NCBI GenBank assembly: GCA_964016885.1
Contig: OZ024755.1
Span: 23,498,001-23,562,000 of the forward strand
DNA: 64,000 nucleotides
Source: Eledone cirrhosa
Lineage: Eukaryota
Direction: 5' to 3'
The translations under genes and the position numbers were made by a program. Below the pieces are notes generated by a model, which worked only from the letters and a program-made list of their open reading frames with translations, ran no database searches and was not told the origin of the DNA. Positions 40,656 through 52,320 of the stretch are shown in pieces (within the stretch, counting starts at the first letter, position 1; each line of letters begins with the position of its first letter).

Positions 40656-41539
40656 CATGTGAAGTTCGTTTTTCCTATTGTCTTTGATGTGTTTTGAATG
40701 AATATGGCATTCAAAACCATTGGAAATTGGTAAAATAGCTTTACATAATGGAGTTATGAAACAATTTATACTCTAAATGACATTTAAAACATTTTATATA
40801 TTTAAACTTCATAAATATATTCTCTACTCATGAGAATTTCAAAACCACACCATCTAAACATAATGTGTTGATTACTTGCCTCAACTTAATTGATTGATTT
40901 TCACCTATTTCTCAGAAATAGGGGTCAAACGGAGATTGCATTTTTGCCTATTTCTCAGACATAGGAGTCAAACGGGGTTTGGATTTCCGCCTATTTCTCA
41001 GACAAAGGGATTGATTTATATTCAAGCATATACAGTAATTAAAAGCAAGTTGATATATCTAGAAAAAAAAAACTATCCTATTTTTTCAGCTGTCTTCTAT
41101 TTGATAGCAATCAATAGAAATGACAAACAACAAAAAGAGGGGAAAAAAGCAACAAAAGAAATTGTTTGACTAAACTCACATAACATGTAAATATCAAAAA
41201 TCAAACAATGACTAAAACCAACTATTGACAGTATAAGTTATTTAGCCAAGTTAATAAAAAATAAGTCAAAGTATACACAGTTATATAATAGTCAACAACA
41301 GAAATATGATTAATTGTTAAATTTCCAATATTACTAAAACCAAAATAGTAAACAATTACCTAAGTTTGATGGCTGTAGATTTGTTTAAACAAATAGTGAA
41401 CTCCACCCACACAAATAGAAATACAAAATTTTCCAACCACTAAACTAATTGCTAAAGAAGTCACCAATAGCTTTGAGTATACTTAAGTGGAACAACACAA
41501 CGACAATAGCTAGAAATGGCCTAAAGATTTTGTTAATAT

Positions 41540-41785
41540 ATCATCATCTTTATCATCAGTTTACGTCCGTTTTTCCTTGCTTGCAAGGGTGGGACGGGTC
41601 CTTTTCAGCACAGCATCTCTCCATTTGTAACGGTCCTTTGTCATCTCCTCTGTGAGCTTCAGCAATCTGAGGTCAGCTCTCACCACCTCCGCCCATATTT
41701 TACGTGGTCTTCCTCTACTGCGTCTTCCTTCCACCAGGATTTCTTGGCACCCAGCGGTCATCTTTCATGCGCATCACATATGTTG
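41540..41785 (-). mobile_element. RTE LINE 3' end fragment (similar fragments at about 26690-26950 + and 34850-35160 +)
   Basis: ORF 41561-41761 (VEGRRSRGRPRKIWAEVVRADLR..LASKEKRT) is nearly identical to the end of the 48 kb element and has a (CAT)n tail. Confidence 0.85.
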
Positions 41786-42569
41786 CAAGAAAATAATTAT
41801 TACTAAATTTTAGAATAAAAAAAATGTAAATAACCATTGTATGTATGAACACATAACTCCTATTGGTGCTGTAGAGGCACTACAGTGACAGACAATGTGT
41901 CTTAGGCATTTTAAAACTAACATAATTCATCCTACACAGATTTTTCAGGTCTGAACACAGCCAATTTCTTCAGAGAAGGAGAGAGAATAGAATATAGAGT
42001 GGAAGTGTGATAGGAATATAAAGGTAGAGTTAAACCCAGTACTGGACTGGTACTTTTTATTGACCTCAAAAAGATGAAAGGCCAAGTTGACCTTGGTAGG
42101 TTTTAAACTCAGAATACAGAGAGCTGGAATGAAGAGGCAAATCATTCTACCTAATGTTCTAATAATTCAGCCAATTTACCATCTAATGTTGTCATATATA
42201 CTGTAATGACAGACAAAATTATATAATTTCAGCAATTTATACAATTGAGCAAAATAGCACACTGTTCATTCAAAATGTAAATAGGTTAAGAGAAAGAATA
42301 AACAGAATGACATATTTAACTTATAAGAAAGAAAGTTCAAGTTGATGTGTAATTTAATAGCAACTAGCTAAACACTAGGTAACTTATATGTAGTTGCTTA
42401 ATGTGGACAATATATTTTTAGTCCAGGATTTGAAGAAACATTATCAGGTAGAGAGAATAATTTTATGTCTGACAGCAAATAGCCTTCACGATTTATGGGT
42501 ATATTGGCTTTCACATGACTCCCACTTTTAGCTTCAAGACAGTTTTCAAAAACAGCTTGTTAACTGCTT

Positions 42570-43480
42570 ACATGGGTTGGATGGGTCCTTCTCACTACAG
42601 TATCTTTCCACTTGTCATGTTCTTTTGTCATCTCTTATGTGATCTTCGGTGATTTGAGATCAGCTTTTATACTCTTTCCATCCAGGTCTTTCTCAACTGT
42701 GCTTTCCTTCTAGGATTACTTAGAACTTCTTCACCCACTAATTATCATCCATGTGCATCACAAGTTCGTAATAACATAGTTTCCTCTTCTGCACACTACA
42801 TTTGATTCCCCTTATACCCAGTTTCTCTCTCAGTTCATCTAACTTTTGTCGTTCTTGCACATCCATCAAAGCATGCTTGACTCATTTCTCTCCAGCCCCC
42901 CCTGCCCATATCTCACTGCCATGCAGCATTGCACTTCTCATGCAGGCATCATATAGCTGAATTTCGTTTGTAGGAAGAAACCTTTTGAAGTCAACAGAGG
43001 TAGCAATTCCCTAAACTTCTATCCCATCCTTATTCTAGTTACTATGCTCTCAGAGGACCCTCTTCCAGTGCTAATTAGATCACCTAGGTAGCAGGAGTTA
43101 TCACCCACTTTTATGGATTCTTCCTAGGATTGGAAAAGGTTTATATTATTTATATTATTATAATTATTGGTACTCTTACTATCAATTGACCCTGAACATC
43201 TACTACATACAAAGCCTTCCTTTCCTGTTAATCTGCCTGTTATCCCACTACACCTCTTGTGTACCCAAGATTTGCATTGTGAGATCATATAAAGTTTATG
43301 CCTACTCTTTTTTTACATATCAAGCAAGGCCACTTCCCTGATGAGATTGGTGCTCTATTGTCTTTCCTACTTATTAACATTATGGCTTTTACTAAAGTTA
43401 CTGAGCCTTTTTGATTCTCAGTTCTGTTTTCACAGCTGGAATTCATACTCTAGTTCTTCCACAGATTCAGCTATAAGGAA
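42570..43480 (-). mobile_element. Degraded 3' part of a related RTE LINE
   Basis: The reverse complement matches the 3' half of the 45-48 kb element (GKWPCLICKK..., MLHGSE, EMTKEHDKWKD-like segments), with many stops. Confidence 0.8.
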
Positions 43481-44476
43481 CTGTGTCAGTCATAGAATAT
43501 TTGAAGCATGTACAATAGTAAGGGAGATTAAAAACATATCAAGAGCAGATATGAGCTAAGTTTTCTAGAAAAGGTGACCAGAAAAGAAAGTTAAATTAAA
43601 CTTATATCAAATTAGTGACAAAGAACTAAGTAAGCAACTATAGAATACAAATTTCCTTCATGCTCAGATTTCACATACATCTGAACATTTTCATAAAATG
43701 TGTTAAATTAATGACATTAAATTAAACTAGAAAATACACAGAAATAATTTATTTTCTGAAAATCTTAAAAGCATCAAAGTGGAACAGCAAAATGAAGCTC
43801 TAATAATATAAAAGGTAAAAGGTAAAAATCTATTTATATAAAAGACGGCCTAGACACATGTCAACATTTTAGTTGGTCGGTTCTTCTACTTTATATAGAA
43901 AGTATTACATGAGCAAGAGAGAAGTGTAGCATTTGTTAGAAAGAAGGAGAGAGAGAGAGAGAGCTACAAAAACCAAAGGAAAAAAAAGAGAAGACAGCAT
44001 GTAAAAGAGACATTGTAGGGGGGGGGGGGGGGGAGACAGGAAGAGAGATTGAATGAATTTTTGACTACAAATGATAGTGAGTATGAAAGACAGAGAGGAG
44101 GGAGTGAAAAATAGAATAGGCTCTGTTACTGGAGAGAGAGAGAGTGAGAGAGAAAGAGTAAAAGTTATAAATGATTTTCTTGTCTCCTGAGAGAAAGTAT
44201 GAAAGAGTTGGCATTTGATGCAGACATATATGTATATATAAACCCATAATTCCTGATATAGTCGTAGAGGCACCATAGTGACATACAACATGTCTTACAC
44301 ATTTTAATTCTGGCAGTCTCTGCCAGTTAAAACAGCTAATTTCCATGTGATATATATATATATATATACGTGTGCATACTTACATTTATGTATCAGCTGT
44401 GTTAGGGCGAGAAATAAAATTCTAATTATATATATAAACGCCCTCTGATGGTGTCCAGCAGAAGCAAGGGGGACAC

Positions 44477-44518
44477 CCGTCTATGCATTTCAGGCTTGAC
44501 TGGCCTTCGTCAGGACGG
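44477..44518 (-). ncRNA. Minimal type I hammerhead ribozyme (mirror copy)
   Basis: The minus strand reads CCGUC-CUGACGA-AGGC-cagucaa-GCCU-GAAA-UGCAUA-GACGG. In the core it differs from the plus copy only at the variable position 7 (C vs U). Confidence 0.78.
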
Positions 44519-44616
44519 TTCCTCCCAACACTTGCTACTGCTGGGCTTGAAAACAGTCGAGAATACATAGTTTTCTCGTCTGTTTTCAAGTTCAGCAGTA
44601 GCAAGCGGTGGGAAGG

Positions 44617-44660
44617 ACCGTCCTGATGAAGGCCAGTCAAGCCTGAAATGCATAGACGGT
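44617..44660 (+). ncRNA. Minimal type I hammerhead ribozyme
   Basis: Stem I ACCGUC/GACGGU; core CUGAUGA (44623-44629); stem II AGGC-cagucaa-GCCU; GAAA (44645-44648); palindromic mini stem III (AUGCAU); cleavage triplet AUA ending at 44654. Confidence 0.8.
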
Positions 44661-45019
44661 TGTCCACCTTGCTTCTGCTGGACACCACCAGAGGGCGTTA
44701 GCCCCGGTGTTTGCATAGCTACGGCTTCCTAAAACCGTATTTCTTTAGAAATACAAAATTTCTATACATATATATATATATGTATTAACCACGAGAAGAT
44801 TTCCGTTGTCTCTATGCGTGAAAATCATTACTCTACGTGGATTTCTTAATGATAGGTTTTGTTTTCTTCATATCTCCCAAATCATGTCAAATAGTATATG
44901 TAACAGCTTGAACAAAAGTGAAAGCTCTCACTTTTTGTAAAGATGGCTGTATTTGTTTATTTATATATTTGTGGGTATGTGACTTGGAAACTGTGTTAAA
45001 ATTCTATGTATCAGCCATT

Positions 45020-48000
45020 ACGGTTCACATTTCCCACCCCCACCACATTCGGTATACATGCCCGACGCTGTATGCTAACCACTCCCTCGTGAATATATCA
45101 TAGAACAGACAAGGGGTGGACGGAGGGTCAGTAAGCTGCAATGTAGGCAACTCGTCTAGGAGAGCTACCACTCTGAAAAAATTGGTCCCCTAAGTCCAGT
45201 AAGACAACTTCCCTAGTGCTGGTGGCATGAATAAAAACACCCAGTCCATGCTGTAAAATGGAGGGGTGGATAGGGCCCCTGAGTCCAACAAAATGACCTC
45301 TCTAGTGCTGGTGGCACGAATAAAAGCATCTAGTCCATGCTGTAAAATAGACGGGTAAAAAGGGCTCCTGAGTCCAGTAAGACAAGCTCACTAGTGCTGG
45401 TGGCATGAATAAAAGCACCCTGTCCATGCTGTAAAGTGGTGCTGGTGTTAGGAAGGGCAAACAGTATAATAAATGCCAAAATTATGAACACAACAAATAA
45501 GAATTGCAAAAACTGCGTCAACAGCAATAACACTAACCATGTTAGGGCTGAGCATGGTAGTGGGGTGGCTGGTGTGGCCATGTGCGAGAACCCCACGACC
45601 GTCATCAAGCAATCGCACAAAAACAAAAAAAAAACAACTGCGTAAACAGCAATAACATTAATAATGTTAGGGCTGTGCACAGTAGTGGGGTGGCTAGTGA
45701 GGCTGTGTGTGAGAACCCCACGACCGTCATCACGCAATCGCACAGCAGGAAAAAGAACGAGACGTCGCATCTCAGAGTTGCCACACTTAATCTTGGCGCT
45801 ATAACAGGTAGACCTGGTGAGATAACGGAGATGCTGGAGAGAAGGCATGTGGATGTGTGCAAGAGGTGAGACGGAGAGGTGCCTCTGCAAGACTAATCAC
45901 AGGCAAACATCGTAGTGTTAAGCTTTTCTGGGTGGGTAATGATGATGGGTTAGGTGGGGTGGGCATATTACTGGCTGAGAGATGGTTCAATAAGACAATA
46001 GAGGTAGTTTGAGTTAGTAATAGAATAATTAAGCTTAGATTAGTTTAGGCAAGAGACTACTGACAATCATCTCTGCCTATGCTCCCCAGGCAGGCCTAGG
46101 TAAAGAAGAGAAAGACTGCTTTTACGAGCAACTTTTACAAACAGCCTCAATGACAGAGGACAGAGACATCGTTATGCTAGCGGGGAACTTCAATGGACAT
46201 GTTAGACAGCTCCAGACATGGTGGGCTCGGTTACGGCTCAAGAAATGAAGAAGGAGTGAGGTTTCTTGAATTTTGTGATGCAAATGCAGTAACCATTTGC
46301 AACACTAACTTCCAGAAGCCTACCAACCACCTAATAACCTACAAATCAGGCGAGCACATAAGCCAGATTGACTTCCTGCTAGTTAGACAGTGAGACAGAC
46401 AAGTGGTGTCAAATACTAAGGCATACCCCGGGGAAGAATGTACCCCACAGCATAGGTTAGTCGTTACTGACATCTCAGTAAGCATGAGAAAGAATGAGAC
46501 ATACAGGAAGGTGTGGAAAAGAAAGGTCTGGAAGCTAAAAGATCCTTTCATTAAAATATAAATTTAGCAAAGCCCTTCAAGATGTGTATGACAAAAAAGA
46601 AGACGATTTAGAGTTGTATGACATAGATGATAACTGGAATTTCTTGCGTGACAACTTACTGCAGGTTACTGAAGAAACTTGTGGTTGGGGCAGAGCTTCA
46701 ACCAGACAGAGAGTGACCTGGTGGTGGAACAGCACGGTAGATAGGGCTATTAGAGACAAAAGACTGGCATGGACGGCTTGGAAAAACGGTGGGAGTAGAG
46801 AAGGTTACACAGCCACTAAGAGAGAAGCTAGACATCAGGTGTACTTAGCACGCAGGGAGGCTGAGAGTAGGAGATTTGCCAATGTTCTGCGATGGGAAGA
46901 TCAGAGATGTGCAGTGTTCCACATTGCAAGGCAGTGTGTCAGTACAAATCAGGATGTTGTTGGAGATAAGTGTGTCCAGAATGATGCCGGTGTACTTAGT
47001 GTCACGAATGATCAAAAAAAGGAGGCCTGGAAATGTCATTATGAGAGACTGATAAATGTGGAGAACGAATGGGACAGAGAGAAATTACCCCCAGTAGACA
47101 CAACAGAGGGACCAGCTATTGAGATTGACGATTATAGGGTACAAGAGGCAATTAAGGAAATGAAGAATGGTAAAGCTGCTGGACCGTCGGGGATAGTTGC
47201 TGAGATGCTGAAGGCACCAGGAGAAGTAGGCACTAAACTAGTTGCACGCATCATTAATCAAGCTATATATGGTGGTGTCATACCCAAAGACTGGTGCAGC
47301 AGTATTCTCATAAATTGCTACAAAGGTAAAGGGGATGCTCTAGAGAGGAGCAATTATAGGGGCATAAAGCTGATGGATCAGGTTATGAAAGTGGCAGAGA
47401 GAATATTAGCGCAAATGATTAGAGAAAGGGTAAAATTAGATGAGATGCAATTTGTGCCTCAGAAAAGTACAACAGATGCCCTCTTCTTAGTGAGGCAACT
47501 ACAAGAGAGGTTCTTAGAGAAGAATAAGTCACTATACTTAGCTTTTGTTGACCTAGAGAAGGCCTTTGATAGGGTACTCCAACCTGTCACCTGGTGGTCC
47601 CTAAGGAAACTAGGTGTAGAGGAATGGCTTGTGAGGACAGTACAAGCTATGCACAGGGGTGCTGTCAGTAAAGTGAGAATAGGAATGTAGTTTAGTGAGG
47701 AATTCCAGATACAAGTGAGTGTACATCAGGGTTCGGTCCTCAGCCAAAACAGAAGAGTTTAAGACTGGCTGCCCATGGCAACTTCTCTATGCTGATGATC
47801 TGGTTCTTATAGCAGAATCAGTACAGGCCTGAGAGTGAACATAGCTAAAACAAAAGTGTTGATAAGTAGAAGAGAGGACAATACTCTGATTCCATTGGGG
47901 AAATGGCCATGTTTGATATGTAGGAAAGGAACTGGCATAAATTCCATAAAATGTACGCAATGCAGATCTTGGGTACACATGAGATGTAGTGGGATAGCAG

Positions 48001-48720
48001 GCAAACTAACAGGTAGGGAAAACTATGTATGCAGTAGACGTACAGGGAAAGTTGGCAGTAGTAATCGCAGTTTATAGACACATTTTTCCAATGCAGGTGG
48101 GTTCTATAGAAGTGGTTGATAGCTTCCGGTAACTAAGTGATCAGATTAGCATGGGAGGGAGGTGTTCCGAGGCCATAGAATCTAGAATAAGGACGTGTTG
48201 GAAGAAGTTTAGGAAACTGCTTCCTCTGTTGACAAAGAAGGGTTTCTCCTTGCGTACGAAAGGACAGTTACACGATGCCTGTGTGAGATGCGCGATGCTG
48301 CATGGTAGTGAGACATGGGCAGCAACTTCAGAAGATATGCGACGGCTGGAGAGAAATGAAGCAAGTATGTTCTGTTGGATGTGCAATGCCAATGTGCGTG
48401 AACGACCAAGCATAGACGAGTTGAGAAAGAAACTGGGTATAAGAGGGACAAGTTGTGGCAGGAGAGAAGGCTGAGATGGTATGGACATGTGATGCGCATG
48501 GAGGATGACCACTGGGTAAAGAAGTGCCAAGAAATCCCAGTAGAAGGAAGACGCAGTAGAGGTAGACCAAGAAAAACATGGGCAGAGTTGGTGAGAGCAG
48601 ACCTCAGATCGCTGAAACTCACAGAGATGACGAAGGACCGTGACAAGTGGAGAGATGCGGTGCTGAATAGGACCCGTCCAACCCTTGCAAGCAGGGAAAA
48701 GCGGACGTAAAATGATGATG
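45020..48720 (+). mobile_element. Nearly full-length but inactivated RTE-clade LINE (APE endonuclease, RT, Cys/His finger)
   Basis: Endonuclease motifs LRVATLNLG, SAYAPQ and SQIDFLLVR (45770-46390). RT region KAAGPSG, NYRGIKL, AFVDLEKAFDRV (ORF 46584-47690) and LLYADDL near 47782-47802. CLICRK..KCTQCRSWVHMRC finger, then RRLRWYGHVMR..RSRGRPRKTW and an (ATG)n tail at about 48712-48720. Multiple stops, frameshifts and deletions. The 5' boundary is approximate. Confidence 0.93.
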
Positions 48721-51289
48721 GAGAGAGAGAGAGAGAGCGGAGCGGATTAACCTTAATACAAGGATGCAAAGTTGCAAACCTTCAGCATTTACATTACTCT
48801 ATATGTACTATTGTATTTTCACGATAAACACTTTATTTCGCATAATTATCTCACATAATATCGAATCTACAAGATCTTGATATTATTTATTTTGAGAACA
48901 ATACCTTAACATAAGTATGAGCAACCGGCTACAGCTGGTTAGAACAGAAAGAGGTGAGAGAATTCTGGTCGGATATGGCTGATTTAAATACTAAAGGGTT
49001 AACACTACATCAGTAATATATAACATTCAACTTGGAATAATTTATTGCAAAGTGATATCTATTTGAGTTTATATTCAAAATAAATTACAATACCAAAGTT
49101 GGTTAAATCAACCCCAGTACGTTACTGGTACTTTATTTTATTGATCCCGTAAGGATGAAAGGCGAAGCTAACCTCGGCGTGATTTGAACTCTTAATGTAA
49201 AGGGCCATAACTCAATCCCGCGAAGCAGTGTATTCTGATGCTCTACAGATACTGCCAATCCAATGTTAGTCAATTCCTATCAAATTCTTCATGAATTAAT
49301 TGAAATAGAGTGTATTTCATGAGAAATAAAGTAACAAAAGTGTTAATAAAACATTTTGACTTTTTATTCCTAGTTACAATTACCGGAGCAAAACATTTAT
49401 TGTCTAATCAAGCAAAGAGTAAATAAAAAGAACAAAAACAGAAACATCAATATGTTTTGGCAGTTGGGTATGTTGGGTACTAGAGATAACTACATATTTA
49501 GAATAAATAGAGATATGGAAATGGTACAATGCCAGCAATTTACTGAAAAGAAAGTACAGAAAGTAGGCATATAGTTGGAATGGAAGAGAGTTATTCATTA
49601 ATTCCAGAATTAAGGAATATAAAAACTACAACTAAAATCTTAACCCTTGAGCATTTAAACCGGCCATATCCGGCCAGAATTCTCTCAGCTTTTTCTGCTC
49701 AAACCAGCTGTAACTGGCTGCTCATACTTATGTTAAGGTATTGTTTCTCAAAATAAATAATATCAAGATCTTGTAGATTCGATATTGTGTGAAATAATTA
49801 TGTGAAATAAAGTGTTTTCCATGAAAATACAATAGTTAATATAGAGTAATGTAAATGCTAAAGGGTTAAAGCAAAAAAGCTGAAGTCAATATACCCCAAA
49901 ATATGTGGTTTTTGAAAGAAATTTTACGGTTTTTCAGGTTTACTGCGATAGTGAGAAAAGTGGAAGAAAATGTCAGAAGATTAAAAGCAGATTTGTGGGA
50001 GGTAAAAATAATTGGACAACACAAAATTTTTGTCTGTCATAGAAAAAAATATTTTGAATTTCTGGTGAAGAAGCTAAGAAGTGTGTTTATAGTCTTTAAC
50101 AATAACATTGAGTAATTTCAATATGTGTAAAATTTGATGCCAATAAAGATGAAAATATTGATGTTGGTTGTTGATGGTAGATATTCTGAAGGCATATTAA
50201 ATTTAAAAGCCAACAGATGTAACTGGAATTTAAAAAGAATAAAAATTATTATTTGTACAAAATAAATGTATTCTCAACTTTTTCTATTAAATATACCTGA
50301 TTTAGGATGTGAATGAATAAAAGATGGCAATGTTCGACGATACTGTTAATGTGTGTCAGGGTGTGTGAAAGAGAGATAGAGCGAAAATTAAAATGAAATG
50401 GGTATTAAAATGGCTACAAAAGACAACAGAAAAAAAAAATAATTGAAGAGCAATCCCACTCATTTGTAGCAACACCATTTCATCTCAAACATACAGAACT
50501 GAATAATACTGCTTAAGTTAAAAATCTTCCAACATAATTTTATATGAGAACCATATATTAAATCTTAGCAATAAATTAATATTCTTCATTAATTAAATGA
50601 AATAGAATGTATTTCATAAAAAAATAAATGGTTAACATTAAAATTGATGTAATTGTCAGTGTTGTCAATAATTGCAGACACAAAAAGATAAAAAAAGAGC
50701 CTGGTGCATTATGTTATAATGACACAAGTTAGCTTTCTAATAAAATAGCTAACAGGAATGTAAATATGGTTGAAGTTGAATAATTACCACTCCTCCCTGC
50801 CATAATGAAAATCTGTTGTATTATTTTCACTAAATACATTCAGTAAGCATGTTTCATCCTTTCATTGGTCACAATAACATACTACGGACATGTTGTTACT
50901 TGCTTCACTGATATAGATTGTATTACTTGTCACGGATGGCATTAATAGCTGAAGCTAAAGATTTCAAAATCTATTGCTTATTAGTAAAATAATTTGATCT
51001 CACTGAAATTAATGATTATTTAAAAAATATAAAAGGAATTTCTATTGAATACATACTATATTAGATAAGACAGATATTATATCAGATACGATTAGATAAA
51101 GGGTGGTGGATTGGCTGTATCGGTAGAGCGTCGGACACCATGCTTTGCAGCACAGAGTTATGGTCCTTCACATTCAAATCCCGCCGGGGTTAACTTTGCC
51201 TTTTATTCTTATGGGGTTGATAAAATAAAGCATCAGTAATGCAATGGGGTAATTGCTAGCCTTGTGCCAAAACTAGAAACAATTATATT

Positions 51290-52320
51290 AGTGGAGACTT
51301 CTAGTGTCTTTGGCTCTAGAGGCTATCTCTCTACTTATCATCATAGGCACTGAGCTGGCAAGCCGCAGGTGTTGGAGATCACCTTCTGATGAGTTAAGTA
51401 GTACGATATCACCTTCAAATTCCAACTGACTGATTCTACATCTGCCAGTCTTGATACCATTCAGAGACCTTTCTTTCAGCCTAATCTTCAATAGGCAAAT
51501 TCTCCCTTCCAATGGGATCCAGTCCATAACACATTCTGACAGTCAGGGGCTTGTGAGCATCCCCACTCCCACCTGTGCAGTCATTTCTGGTACCACATCT
51601 GAATAGTGGAGTTTCCATCCTCCATCCAAGTCTACAGTATCAGAACCACAGAACTTTGTTGAGGAACCTGGACTATGTCTAGCTGGTTGCATCTGGCTTC
51701 CTTTACCAGTTCTTGCTCCTTACCTGTAATGGTTATGATGTTCCAGGTTCCATTGGTTACAGTTTTCTCCCTTCCAAATCTCCTTTGGGGTCTCAGGATA
51801 TGCAATCTTTGTGCATCCAACCCCCAACTCCCAGGACAGGTTACAGGCCCATTGCCAGTTTTTGCAGCATGAGATGGAGACTGCAATATATTTTTCAAAC
51901 ATGACCCTCTACCTAAAGCCTGAACATGTCCCTTGCTAACCCACGCCAGAGGATGGATGATGCGGTATGATTGTTTTTGTTGCCTCTAACCATATTGCAG
52001 CTTTGGTGGTCTTATTTGCGCTAGTCACCAATCTGGTATGTTTCTCAGACCCACGGAAATTAGGCTTTTTTAGAGGTGGCCTTTACTCACTTTGTCATAG
52101 CTACATCACTGGGTTGTGAGAGTTTTCTTGGGAGCTAAGGGTGTTATCCATTGCTCTATCTCACCTAGTATTTTACCGCTGTTGGTCCGGGGTTGTTTAT
52201 TCGTCTGGCAAGAGCCCGCTTATATTGCAACTAGCCATCGTATCTGGTGGTCGTATCGCTATCCGCCACCTGCGACCTGTTCTCTAGCAGAACAGCTCTG
52301 CCGAGAATTCCTTTAACCAC
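51290..52320 (-). mobile_element. Degraded, internally deleted LINE of a second RTE-like family (its 3' fragment at about 30570-31055 -)
   Basis: Endonuclease start GTWNIITITGKEQELV..LDI and WIPLEGRICLLKIRL joined to FEGDIVLL..SEGDLQ (decayed FADD). The fragment at 30849-31082 gives KAKLTIFNSVSMPTLTYGNKSW. Confidence 0.75.

Larger units (their letters stand above)
44437..44699. mobile_element. 263-bp palindrome, Penelope-like inverted terminal repeat remnant
   Basis: aacgccctctgatggtgtccagcagaagcaagg... is mirrored by ...ccttgcttctgctggacaccaccagagggcgtt around a 3-nt loop (ata, 44567-44569). Each arm holds a hammerhead core. Higher GC than the flanks, which are (TA)n tracts. Confidence 0.75.

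Noticed and set aside
45330-45890. 186-aa hydrophobic minus-strand ORF (and ORFs at 48141-48769)
   Set aside because: Antisense shadow of the RTE LINE.
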